From a virus, in the IMG/VR virus record IMGVR_UViG_3300045988_143356: DNA of 64,000 bases; one strand, given 5' to 3'. Below the pieces are notes generated by a model. The model worked only from the letters and a program-made list of their open reading frames with translations, was not told the DNA's origin and did no database searches. Both the position numbers and the translations under genes were made by a program. Below are positions 15,237 through 24,608 of this stretch, in pieces (position 1 is the stretch's first letter; each line of letters opens with the position of its first letter).

Positions 15237-16766
15237 GCTCTGAATCGACTTTCCCGAAGCGTTGTTGTCAACCGGCGTCTTTTTCGGATTGGTCCCTTCC
15301 GTGACCGCCGTTGTGTTGTACTTTGCGGGGATTGAACTTTTAATTTCTAATTCATACTCCCATTCCTTCTGAATAGTCTCGTAGTCGTCGATGTGCGCCG
15401 TGCCGAGGTCCTCCATGGCGGCCTCCCTTGACTTTATCCTTGCGTACACTTGGTCGCACTCGTTTTTGACCAGCTCAGAGACGTTCTGCGGAAGCCAGAT
15501 GTTCTGCCCGACTGACACCTTGAGGCTCTCGTACCCGGCGATGTCGCCCTGAACCTTGCCGACAAGCGCCTTGAAGACGTTGACCATCTTCTTCACACCC
15601 TTGAAGAAGTACGGCCATGTGTTCTTGCACCACTGAATCTCCGGCGCGAAAAGAATCTTTATCGTCGTGCTGGAGTCCGATCCGGCCTTGAGGATGTCCG
15701 GCTCGACGAAGACCGACATTGTAGTCCTTACGATGTTGTTCCACAGCGTGTTGTGGTGTATGTCGGCGATGTTGCTCGCATCAGGCGGTGCGAGGAACTT
15801 GCCGTCGGCGTTCCGTAGGGAGTCGGCCGTGCCCTTCACGCCGATGGTCTTTCCCGCCATCTTGGAAGGCGGCAGGTTGACGATCTTCTCCGACTTCAGG
15901 AAGAGAATCGGAAAAGCGCTGTTTTTCAGCTCCTCGCCGAGGTACGAGCTTGCGTTCTCCAGTGACTCGATGCTGAGCTGCGCCGGTCCGGTAGGGATGT
16001 CGTCTATACGGAAATAAGTGCACTGGCATCTTCCGGCACCGGCCTGGTTCGCCTTGCGCAGTATCAGCGTGTAGCCGTCCTCGCTGCGCTCCCTCCCCAA
16101 AGTTTCCTCTTCCGGCAACTGCATCCATGTCTCCACGGACTCGCAAGTGAAGATGTCCACGGCGTCGCGGTTCTCGTACTTGTACTTCCTCGCCACGCAC
16201 TCGTGACCCTCCGCGTCAAGGAAAGGGAACAGCGTCGAGCCTTCCTCGTAGCCGTACACCTCGTACTCTATGCCGTCCTCGGTCTGGTACAGATAGATGG
16301 CTCCGTCTCCGGTGCGGAACACGCTTTTGACAAGAGCCGTCCACGCCGCCTCCTTCAAGCCGGTCATATCCATCTGCGAGCGGAGCACCTCGAAGCGTTC
16401 CTTGTCTTTCGTCTCGTTGGCCATCCAGAAGCCGTCTGACGCGAAGTGCGAGATCTTCTTGCCGATGATGCACTCCTGCAAGCCAAGGGCGACCGTCTCT
16501 ACGTCGTCGTAGCCGGTTATCCTCCACTTCGTCTTGCCGTTGGCGTCCTTCTCGTCCGTCGGGCCGTAGATGGCTCGCTTCGACATATACGGCGAGTTGA
16601 TGTTGTGCGCCGCCGGGGAAATCTCGTTGAGGAAATCGTCCTGGGTCATGAGCACCTGGTCACAGCCCCTCCCCGGCTTCATGTTCTGTCCTGCGGCGGT
16701 GTCCATCGCCACACGTCTTGTCCACTGCTTCTTCTTCGCAGGGTTGATGTAACTTGATACGTTCAT
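15234..16766 (-). CDS. portal protein
   Basis: 510-aa ORF directly downstream of the large terminase with a 4-nt overlap; size and position typical of SPP1-type portals. Confidence 0.7.
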   Translation of the reverse strand: MNVSSYINPAKKKQWTRRVAMDTAAGQNMKPGRGCDQVLMTQDDFLNEISPAAHNINSPYMSKRAIYGPTDEKDANGKTKWRITGYDDVETVALGLQECIIGKKISHFASDGFWMANETKDKERFEVLRSQMDMTGLKEAAWTALVKSVFRTGDGAIYLYQTEDGIEYEVYGYEEGSTLFPFLDAEGHECVARKYKYENRDAVDIFTCESVETWMQLPEEETLGRERSEDGYTLILRKANQAGAGRCQCTYFRIDDIPTGPAQLSIESLENASSYLGEELKNSAFPILFLKSEKIVNLPPSKMAGKTIGVKGTADSLRNADGKFLAPPDASNIADIHHNTLWNNIVRTTMSVFVEPDILKAGSDSSTTIKILFAPEIQWCKNTWPYFFKGVKKMVNVFKALVGKVQGDIAGYESLKVSVGQNIWLPQNVSELVKNECDQVYARIKSREAAMEDLGTAHIDDYETIQKEWEYELEIKSSIPAKYNTTAVTEGTNPKKTPVDNNASGKSIQS

Positions 16767-18499
16767 ATCTTAATCCAAATTGCGTTTCTTCCGTTGCTGT
16801 CGTTGTAAAGTCCATAATACGCGTCATCCTCCACCTCCGGTGACGGCTGCTTCTTCGGACGGGCGTCAAGGTCTGGAAGCATACGAAGATACATAGTATC
16901 TACGAGGTTCGGCGAGGCGTGGAATTTGGCCTTGTATTCATCTTTCGTGCGGTAGTATATTTTCTTGTTTCGTTGCAATGTTCGGAAAGTCTCGATTTCA
17001 TCGTAGAGGACGTCAATAAGCCGTCTTGTCTGCCCTTTCTTGCCGTATGGTATGACCATATTCAAGTCGAGCGTTGTCGATATTTTATTTGTTTTCAAGG
17101 CGACTTCCAGTTTTCCCATCAACTGCGAACGCAAGTTGAAGTATTGCTCGAACTCCACCTTGTTACCGCTTTCGTCGTATTCGGGGAGAGCCGTTTTGTT
17201 CGCTGTCACTGGCCAACCGTTTGTGTAAGCCTTCAAATAAAAACCTATTCCGGTTGCGTCAAAGATAAAATTATGTGTAGGTATCTCGTATTTCCGCAAC
17301 ATTCTGTCAATCCAATCCACAAGTTCCTTTGCGTCACCACGGAAGAACTCTATACCGATAATCGTGTGGCCTTTCCAAGCGATGAACGGGTTGTCATCGG
17401 AATTGACATTGCCGCCGGAAACGTCCATAGTTCCCCATCTGGTTTCGTCATCATCATAAGGGTTGGTCTGAATGTCCCGTATCATTTGTCTTGACACGTT
17501 CGTTGACTCATTCTCGATTTCGCCGAAATACGCCTCGGCAAGTACCGCTCTTTGCTTGCCGCCGACATTGTGTAGATTCGCCACTGACTGTCCCTTTGTG
17601 GAGGCCACAAGTTTTCTGTTGTCCGCGGCCGTTCCGGTGATGAGCTGAAAAGACTTGACCATATCGGTCTCTTTCAATCCGGCTCGTCTGTCAGCGTCAC
17701 TGATATGAATATCGGCGGCTTGGGCGACCTCTTCTTTAGTATCTCCCCAAATGACTGATTCTGGAGTATCTCCTTTTATATAGAAATACCGGATTTTCCC
17801 TTGCATTTCCGGCTTGATATACCAAGTTGTCGTGTCAATGTACCCACCACAGACAAGAAAATCGGTAGTCCAGTGCGAATGACTTGGGTTAAAGGTGCAA
17901 AGGAATTGTGGTATCACGCCAGAGTTGTCTCTGTTTCTGGAAAATATATAACTGAACATTCTGAAACTTGATACCGCGGAAAGCTCGTCGATTGCCATAC
18001 GGCTACTTTGTACCTTCTTAATCGCCTCGATGAAATCGTCCCATTGTGAATCCGGATTGTAGTTCATACCTATCATCTGGAAGGAATTATTCCATTCAGG
18101 CCAAAAGAATGTAGGTGTTTCGCTTGCCGTCACTTCGCAGTCAGAGAACTGTCCCAAAGTTAGCAAAGCGTCACGGAACATACTCGATCCTTTGGCGGAA
18201 TCCATTTTGCGGACATTGATAAGTTTCGCCGTATAATTGGGTATGCCGATCCCCTTTAAGAAACTCAAAAACAATGCGAAACTCTTCCCGCTCGTAGCTT
18301 GACCACAAGCAAATACGAGGTTCGCTTCTGAACGGACCACCGCCTCCTGCATCCCTACTTGTGGGCAAAAGTCCACGCCGTCTCGTAGAACAAAACTGCC
18401 TATCTTATCAAATCCCTTGGACTTGATGGTAGGCAGTTCCCGGCTTATGTGTTCATATCTGTCTGGAAACTTTGCGTCTTTGTTTTTAAGTCTAAACAT
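16763..18499 (-). CDS. terL: terminase large subunit
   Basis: Walker A ACGQATSGKSFAL, 578 aa, followed by portal. Confidence 0.85.
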   Translation of the reverse strand: MFRLKNKDAKFPDRYEHISRELPTIKSKGFDKIGSFVLRDGVDFCPQVGMQEAVVRSEANLVFACGQATSGKSFALFLSFLKGIGIPNYTAKLINVRKMDSAKGSSMFRDALLTLGQFSDCEVTASETPTFFWPEWNNSFQMIGMNYNPDSQWDDFIEAIKKVQSSRMAIDELSAVSSFRMFSYIFSRNRDNSGVIPQFLCTFNPSHSHWTTDFLVCGGYIDTTTWYIKPEMQGKIRYFYIKGDTPESVIWGDTKEEVAQAADIHISDADRRAGLKETDMVKSFQLITGTAADNRKLVASTKGQSVANLHNVGGKQRAVLAEAYFGEIENESTNVSRQMIRDIQTNPYDDDETRWGTMDVSGGNVNSDDNPFIAWKGHTIIGIEFFRGDAKELVDWIDRMLRKYEIPTHNFIFDATGIGFYLKAYTNGWPVTANKTALPEYDESGNKVEFEQYFNLRSQLMGKLEVALKTNKISTTLDLNMVIPYGKKGQTRRLIDVLYDEIETFRTLQRNKKIYYRTKDEYKAKFHASPNLVDTMYLRMLPDLDARPKKQPSPEVEDDAYYGLYNDSNGRNAIWIKI

Positions 18500-18685
18500 A
18501 CCGCAAAAATAGCAAATATTTCGGCGGTATTCATCTAATTATAAAAAGTCCCCGCAGTTTTCGGCAGAAGGGACCAGCAACCGCCTACTCACCACGGGGA
18601 CGTAAATTTCTGACTGTTTTGGCAACTGGCCATTGCCGCCGAACAAAATATACATAAATTGTGCCAAACTTCGAGAAAATCCTTT

Positions 18686-18695
18686 TATCTTTGCA
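18686..18695 (+). promoter_or_regulatory. candidate late promoter -7 box TATCTTTGCA
   Basis: TAnnTTTG match 18 nt before the scaffold ATG; identical 10-mer recurs at 29839 and 37079. Confidence 0.45.
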
Positions 18696-18710
18696 TAAAA
18701 TGTTGGAAAT

Positions 18711-19409
18711 ATGTTAAAAGAACAGATTTTAGAGGCGCTCAAGACGAAGTACAAGGCATACGGATTGAGCAACGACGCTCTTGACAGGATTGCGTCGCTT
18801 CGTGAAAAGACTGTCGAGAAAGCGGAGGACATCGAGGGAGCGGTTGCTGACGCGACCACGTTGGACTTGATCGCCAAGGAGATTCAGAGGCAGCGTGACC
18901 AGGCTATCCAGAAGAACAGCGAGTCGCAGCGTGCTTTTGAGGCTTACAAGGCGGCGCACCCGGAGCCTGACGCGGGGGGTGCGGGCGATAAGGATAAGGA
19001 CAACGGCCAAGACATCGCGTCGATAGTCAAGGCCGCGGTAGACGAGGCCGTCGCTCCGCTCAACGAGAAGATCACCGCTCTGGAGACCTCGAAATCAGCC
19101 GAGGCTGCCCTCAGCACGGCGCACTCTTCCTTCTTCAACGGCGACTACGCCAAGAAGTACAAGGACCAGGCGACCGACGCGTGGGAGCGCGCCGTGGAGC
19201 TGAACGAGGCAACGGGGAACAAGATGACGGCGGAGGAGCTTGCGGCGAAGGCTTCCGGCTACTTCAACAAGGCCGTCTCACGTCTTGGCGTGGACACGTC
19301 GAAGCCGTTCCAGGCCGACCCTCCGAAGAACGACGAGGAGGGCACGATTGACTGGAGCGCTGAGGTCGCCCGCAAGAAGGCGCAGGGCTTGATTCCCGAC
19401 GGCAAGTAA
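18711..19409 (+). CDS. scaffolding protein
   Basis: 232 aa, helical, Ala/Glu/Lys-rich; precedes decoration-like and capsid genes. Confidence 0.6.
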   Translation: MLKEQILEALKTKYKAYGLSNDALDRIASLREKTVEKAEDIEGAVADATTLDLIAKEIQRQRDQAIQKNSESQRAFEAYKAAHPEPDAGGAGDKDKDNGQDIASIVKAAVDEAVAPLNEKITALETSKSAEAALSTAHSSFFNGDYAKKYKDQATDAWERAVELNEATGNKMTAEELAAKASGYFNKAVSRLGVDTSKPFQADPPKNDEEGTIDWSAEVARKKAQGLIPDGK

Positions 19410-19434
19410 AATCAACCCATTAAAAGTTTAACAG

Positions 19435-20067
19435 ATGAGTAATTACGGAAACTACTATGGCGTTCCTGCCGACAAGAGCTACGAGTCGGGCGTTGTCCCG
19501 GTGTGGCTTGAGGTGAAGGAGCGCAAGGTCGCGGGTGGCACCGTTGACCTTACCAGGGTCGCTGCTGGGACACTTATCCCTCTGGGAATCCCGGTATCGC
19601 TGAAGACCATGGGCGGCGAGGCGAAGTTCCTTGAGACATACACTGTCGAGGCAGCCGTCACTACCGTGGGGACGTCGCTGAAGATCAAGCCTCTCAACGG
19701 CATCGTTCCTAAGGCCGGTATGATTGTCGGCAAATGCGACGCCGACGGCAAGGCCGCAAAGGCTGTCGCTTTGAGCGGCACACCGTCTGTATCCAACGGT
19801 GTTTACACGTTCACTATCGCAGCCGGCGATCTTGGCGAGCTGTCCAAGGGCGACAAGCTCTACATTGTGTCCGAGGCGGGCGATAACAAGGTCGCTGTGC
19901 TTCCTGACGGTCTGTCTTGGAGACAGATTCATGTGGAGGCCGAAGGCGGCAAGGGCACCGTCGCCGTCGTGACCAAGGGTCAGATTCTCGGCGACCGCAT
20001 CAGCGCGGTTCCTGACTTCTACAAGGCGGCTATGCCTGGAATCACTTTCGAGTACGAGACCGCTTAA
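19435..20067 (+). CDS. head decoration-like protein
   Basis: 210 aa, Gly/Val-rich beta-type sequence between scaffold and capsid (lambda Nu3-D-E order); position-based. Confidence 0.4.
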   Translation: MSNYGNYYGVPADKSYESGVVPVWLEVKERKVAGGTVDLTRVAAGTLIPLGIPVSLKTMGGEAKFLETYTVEAAVTTVGTSLKIKPLNGIVPKAGMIVGKCDADGKAAKAVALSGTPSVSNGVYTFTIAAGDLGELSKGDKLYIVSEAGDNKVAVLPDGLSWRQIHVEAEGGKGTVAVVTKGQILGDRISAVPDFYKAAMPGITFEYETA

Positions 20068-20082
20068 AAAGGAGGGAATAAA

Positions 20083-21300
20083 ATGGCAAACAAGTACGCA
20101 AAAGGTTTCTACACCCTTATGTCGGAGGCGGGCATCCTGTCCTCCAAGAGTTTTGGACTCTACATCAACGATGTGGTCGGCTTCAACAACATCCAGAAGC
20201 TTGACCTTGACGGCTTCACCTGGGACGAGTATTCCTCCCTGACGTTCGACTTCAAGGATCTTGTCATGTCGAACCGCGTGAAGGTGATGGCCACCTATAC
20301 GGACAAGGACTCCGAGGCTATTCCGTTCGGTACGGAGGGCTTCACAGAGACAAGCGGCGTGGTTCCTACCATGAAGGCCCGCTTCATCTGGGACTCCGAC
20401 GACTACCGCAAGTACCTCGACGCTGTGCGCAACCTTGACTTCCAGAACAAGACCGCGAAGCAGTACGCCCTTGACCTTCTCTTCAACGGAATCAAGGACA
20501 TCCAGAGCGCCCACGAGCTTTCAATGACCTACCAGCGCGATCAGATAGTTTCCGGCAGGGAGCTGTCACTTGACGCGAACAACAATCCAAGGGGCATCAA
20601 GGGGCTCGTGTTCAAGTCAGCCGTTCCTAAGGCCAACGTGACCACCGTCGCCAAGGCGAAGAGATGGTTTAACAACGCGACCGACAAGAACGCGACCACC
20701 GCGAACGCGGACGCTGATCCGGTAGGAGACATGAAGGCTGTTGTACGCGCCATGAAGCGCAAGGGCTACATGGACATCGTGGTCGAGGCCGACTACATCT
20801 CCTTCCTTGAGGACATGGATCATCCGAAGTGGCGCACCGCCATGGGTTACCAGATGCGCCCGGACCTCGTACTCGCCGCAAGCAACGACGCCAACGCCCT
20901 TGCAGTGGGCAACGCCGCCGGTGACGACGAGCTCGTGGCCCTCTTCGCTAAGATTATCGGCGTTCCTGCGGCCAACGTGCATCTGCGCAAGGGTCTCGCC
21001 GGAGTCGAGGTTCTCGAAGGCAAGGGACCTGACGCCAAGCTCGTGAGGAAGACCCAGAGGACTTTCAAGGCGAACACCTATGTGTTCTATCCTGCCGGTC
21101 CTATCGGAACAATCAAGAGCACCTTGGCCCTCACGCCGGACGACAGCTTCATCTACGCCAAGTTCTTTGGCGACAGGGGACTTATCCAGTACGAGTTCGA
21201 CGCCAAGGCGAGGACTCAGGACTGGTGGTCAGAGCTGAACGCGCTTTGCGTTCCTTCCCGTCCGCAGGAGATGTACTATCTCATCACTTACACAGACTAA
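20083..21300 (+). CDS. major capsid protein
   Basis: 405 aa, strong AGGAGG-like site upstream, position after scaffold/decoration genes. Confidence 0.7.
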   Translation: MANKYAKGFYTLMSEAGILSSKSFGLYINDVVGFNNIQKLDLDGFTWDEYSSLTFDFKDLVMSNRVKVMATYTDKDSEAIPFGTEGFTETSGVVPTMKARFIWDSDDYRKYLDAVRNLDFQNKTAKQYALDLLFNGIKDIQSAHELSMTYQRDQIVSGRELSLDANNNPRGIKGLVFKSAVPKANVTTVAKAKRWFNNATDKNATTANADADPVGDMKAVVRAMKRKGYMDIVVEADYISFLEDMDHPKWRTAMGYQMRPDLVLAASNDANALAVGNAAGDDELVALFAKIIGVPAANVHLRKGLAGVEVLEGKGPDAKLVRKTQRTFKANTYVFYPAGPIGTIKSTLALTPDDSFIYAKFFGDRGLIQYEFDAKARTQDWWSELNALCVPSRPQEMYYLITYTD

Positions 21301-21315
21301 AAATAGTACCGAAGT

Positions 21316-21726
21316 ATGACTGTCGAAGAGTATCTGCGTAGTTTGGTGCCTGGCTTGGATTTGCCGGACACCGTTGTCGCCCGCGCGGCGAGAAGCCCCA
21401 TCGAGGTTGGTCTTGACCGCCTTGATGTGGCTGAGGACATAGATTATGACTATGGCGGCGAGGACGAGGACGGAGACGGCTTCCAGAAGCGCCTTGACTA
21501 CGCCTCTTCGACAATCTACTATTCGGTGTTGGGGGTTTTCGCTGGCGGAGGCTACTCCGAGCAGGTCGGCGATGTCCGCGCCTCCAGAGGCGGTTACACC
21601 ATCACGATGGCTGACCGCGCGAGGTTCAAGGCGATGGGCGACGCGCTCCGTTTGAAATGGGGCTGGGGCGTCGAGGAGGACGAGTCCTCCAGCGAAATGT
21701 ATGACGCAAGGTATCAAAGGTTTTAG
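21316..21726 (+). CDS. head-tail connector/completion protein (putative)
   Basis: 136-aa ORF in the head-to-tail joining block; position-based. Confidence 0.45.
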   Translation: MTVEEYLRSLVPGLDLPDTVVARAARSPIEVGLDRLDVAEDIDYDYGGEDEDGDGFQKRLDYASSTIYYSVLGVFAGGGYSEQVGDVRASRGGYTITMADRARFKAMGDALRLKWGWGVEEDESSSEMYDARYQRF

Positions 21727-21728
21727 TT

Positions 21729-22064
21729 ATGCGCCTGATTGATTTCCGCGACAAGTGCACCATAAGCCGTCTGACCGGAAAGAAGGACGAGTGGGACAAC
21801 CCGGAGCGTTCCGTGGTCTATTCGGGGCCGTGCCTCTACGAGGAGGGTGGCACCGGATATTCACGGTCAATCGTGACGAGGGTCCCATCAGTCTATCTGC
21901 CGGGCAACGACGTTATGGTGATGATTAATGACTCCGTGTCGGTGACAACCGAGCACGGGCGTGAAATCAGCGCTGTCGTGGAGATTGTCAGGGACATTAA
22001 TATGCCTTGGAGAGCCAATTTGAAGTGCACAAGGGTCGAGCTTAAACAAGCGCAGGGGGATTAG
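21729..22064 (+). CDS. head-tail adaptor (putative)
   Basis: 111-aa ORF, tightly packed; position-based. Confidence 0.45.
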   Translation: MRLIDFRDKCTISRLTGKKDEWDNPERSVVYSGPCLYEEGGTGYSRSIVTRVPSVYLPGNDVMVMINDSVSVTTEHGREISAVVEIVRDINMPWRANLKCTRVELKQAQGD

Positions 22065-22066
22065 TC

Positions 22067-22600
22067 ATGCCAAGGACAAAGTGGAATACAACCGCGAGGC
22101 AGTTCCAGGAGGTGCTCAGAAATTCCGCAAAGGATTTCAATCGCCATGCTGAAAAGCTTATGGTCGAAGTTACGGAGGACTTCCTAAAGTACGTTAACAG
22201 TAACAGGGAATTGCTGCCGTACTACACCGGCAACCTGCATGACAGTATTGCCGCATACGTGTCGAAGAGCGGACGTGTCATCCGAGCGTGTTATATGCCG
22301 CAGGAGGCCACCAAGCCGCAGCACGTCACGAAGCTGACAGCGACGAAGACGCGCAAGGATAATGGCGATACCCGCTACAAGGAGATATGGGGCTACCGTG
22401 AGGCCATAAAGGCCGTGCGGAACAACAAGCCCCTGTCAAAGGGCATTGGCTCCACGCTTATCGTTGCGGTTCCCTACGCTGGCGCCGCAAACGAGGATAG
22501 TTCAAAACCGGGATACATCGAGCAAATGCGTACCACTTTTAATGGTATGTTGACGGTACAAATGCTATTGATTGGACAGCATAACTATAAAGCGAAATGA
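22067..22600 (+). CDS. HK97 gp10-like head-tail joining protein
   Basis: YYTGNLHDSIAAYV resembles the TGxLxxSI signature of the gp10 family; position. Confidence 0.5.
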   Translation: MPRTKWNTTARQFQEVLRNSAKDFNRHAEKLMVEVTEDFLKYVNSNRELLPYYTGNLHDSIAAYVSKSGRVIRACYMPQEATKPQHVTKLTATKTRKDNGDTRYKEIWGYREAIKAVRNNKPLSKGIGSTLIVAVPYAGAANEDSSKPGYIEQMRTTFNGMLTVQMLLIGQHNYKAK

Positions 22601-23055
22601 GCATGATGCACGCATCCCACATAAACCCGGACACGGAGCTGAAAGCGCTGCTTGACGGCCAGATAACTGTGGGGATGTCCGGCGGCAAGACGGAGAAGGT
22701 CACTGTTTATAGCGACTGGGAACGCCCTACCAACGGACTTCCGGCAGACTTCATAGTCATCTACGTGAACGGCAATATCGAGGGCGTAGGCGCGAAAGTG
22801 GACTACGCTTCGGGCTATCTTCTTGTCAGTCTCTACTCCAAGCTGAATGACGACGGATCGGTCAAGGCCAACCGCGTCAAGAAGATTCTGGAGCAGTTCG
22901 ACACGGTGGTGGAGGGAGCGTCAACAGAACATTACTTCTACCGCTACGACATGGACCGTTTCATCACTCCCACATCGCCGAACCAGACTTCGGGCTATTC
23001 TGTGACAAGCCTCAATTTGAGGTGGCATACAAAAAACAACTTTAACAAGCAATAA
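22597..23055 (+). CDS. tail completion/terminator protein (putative)
   Basis: 152-aa ORF overlapping the previous stop, immediately before the major tail gene. Confidence 0.45.
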   Translation: MSMMHASHINPDTELKALLDGQITVGMSGGKTEKVTVYSDWERPTNGLPADFIVIYVNGNIEGVGAKVDYASGYLLVSLYSKLNDDGSVKANRVKKILEQFDTVVEGASTEHYFYRYDMDRFITPTSPNQTSGYSVTSLNLRWHTKNNFNKQ

Positions 23056-23060
23056 TAACT

Positions 23061-23693
23061 ATGGCAGTAAAAAATCTTGGAGGCTCACAGCAGCTTCTTG
23101 CCGGACAGGGCGACATCATTGTGTTCAGCGCTCCTACCGCCGGTTACACTTCCAGCACCACACTTGCCGACGTGCTGACCAACGGCGCGAGCCTTGGTCA
23201 GGTCGTGCAGGATTCAACCTCCTGGGACGGTGAGCAGGTGTCCTTCTCCCAGATACTTGATGAGCAGGGCGATGTCATCACCTCAAAGGCATCCAACGGA
23301 ACCCATCAGGTATCCTTCGACCTTGCTGACCTTGAACCGGATTTCCTGGCCGCCTTCCTCGGCGCGGAGTCTGTCACCGTTGCGGCTTCCGGCGCGTCGG
23401 CTGTGTTCAAGGATGGCACGGTGACCTGCTACGGCTTCGGTCACAAGCTTCCGGTCAAGGTGCGTCCACTTATGATCACCAACGACGAAGGCAACAGGGC
23501 AATATTCTTCCCGAAGGCGAAGATGGCCGGTTCGCTCGCATGGTCAGACGGACTCTGGAGACTTCATATTGTCGCAACCGCCGAGTTCGTTGACGCCGCA
23601 GCGCTCAAGACGTGTATGATTCTGTCGTCAACAAGGGGCGTTGACTACGCCGACGGCAGCATCACCGCCGCGACTCTGGATGGCGGAGAGTAA
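23061..23693 (+). CDS. major tail protein
   Basis: 210 aa, followed by a terminator/attenuator and the G/GT chaperone pair. Confidence 0.6.
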   Translation: MAVKNLGGSQQLLAGQGDIIVFSAPTAGYTSSTTLADVLTNGASLGQVVQDSTSWDGEQVSFSQILDEQGDVITSKASNGTHQVSFDLADLEPDFLAAFLGAESVTVAASGASAVFKDGTVTCYGFGHKLPVKVRPLMITNDEGNRAIFFPKAKMAGSLAWSDGLWRLHIVATAEFVDAAALKTCMILSSTRGVDYADGSITAATLDGGE

Positions 23694-23717
23694 TCTCTTG
23701 CGGTGAGTATGATTGCG

Positions 23718-23751
23718 GGGAACGGAATATAATGTTTCGTTCCCTTTTTTT
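23718..23751 (+). terminator. rho-independent terminator/attenuator after the major tail gene
   Basis: GGGAACG...CGTTCCC stem followed by T7. Confidence 0.55.
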
Positions 23752-23781
23752 GACGTTTTTAGGTTGAAATAGAACAATATT

Positions 23782-24309
23782 ATGGAAAAATCAGACAAAT
23801 TAATATCCGGCGAGTACGAGACCGTGATGCAGGCACCTTGCGTGGTTGAGGCCGGCGGCAGGAAATACAAGGTGCGTCAGGTGGCGCAGGCGGTCAAGGA
23901 GCGCATCGCGTTGCTTGAACAGGAGGCGCAGGTGCTTGAGGCGAAGGGCAAGATGGGCGTTGACAGCCGGCAGGCGAAGAGGCTGACAAGGAAGCTGTAC
24001 TCGCTGCACTCGAAGAAGGCGGCGTATTACCTTCTGGGCAACTGGGCGATTTTCTGTCCGTGGCTCTGGGCGATAAAGTGGCGTATTTTGCAGCTCCGTG
24101 GCGACGAGGTTACATTCAGGATAAACGGGGCGGGGGCCGTGAGTGAGGACGTGGGTTTTTCCAAGGCCAACTGGCAGCTCTCAAGGCAGGAACGCGAACT
24201 GTTTATGAGGCCGGTTGGCGAAGTCGCCAAAGAAGCGCGCGAGCGGCTGGAGACAGTGATAAATATGTTGGAGAAGGACGGTTTGGGGATAAAAAAGGAA
24301 GACAGGTAG
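23782..24309 (+). CDS. tail assembly chaperone (G-like)
   Basis: 175-aa ORF directly before the tape measure, ends 10 nt after an A_AAA_AAG slippery site. Confidence 0.65.
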   Translation: MEKSDKLISGEYETVMQAPCVVEAGGRKYKVRQVAQAVKERIALLEQEAQVLEAKGKMGVDSRQAKRLTRKLYSLHSKKAAYYLLGNWAIFCPWLWAIKWRILQLRGDEVTFRINGAGAVSEDVGFSKANWQLSRQERELFMRPVGEVAKEARERLETVINMLEKDGLGIKKEDR

Positions 24310-24608
24310 GCTCTGCCTTCGAGTCCTCGACGCACAACGAGCGAATCAAGAACGTTTACGGCAACTTCGGTTTCTGGTCGTGGCTGCGCTATTGGTACCT
24401 TGACTCGGCGAACCTCGTGACGATGTGGCTGATAGACAAGGGATATTACGATTACGACTACGAGAAGGAGGGTAAGCTGATAACGGTGTCGGGAACTCGC
24501 AAGTCAAAGACTGATGTTAACAATATTCTTCGTAACTTTGGACTGCCTGTTGAAGGCGAGGATTTACAATCATACATAATCAAGGAGGAACAAAAAAATG
24601 GCTGTTGA
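23782..24608 (+). CDS. tail assembly chaperone GT-like frameshift fusion
   Basis: -1 frame extension of about 103 codons (…GRQVGSAFESSTHNER…IKEEQKNGC) ends 11 nt inside the tape measure gene; track ORF 24417..24608 is its tail. Confidence 0.6.
24291..24297 (+). other. -1 programmed ribosomal frameshift heptamer A_AAA_AAG
   Basis: Zero-frame codons AAA(24292) AAG(24295) preceded by A24291; the -1 frame stays open from here to 24608. Confidence 0.65.

Noticed and set aside
18500-18515. TATTTTTG box (minus strand) immediately upstream of terL as its promoter
   Set aside because: It lies only 4 nt from the ATG, too close for a -7 element unless terL starts further downstream. It was left unannotated.
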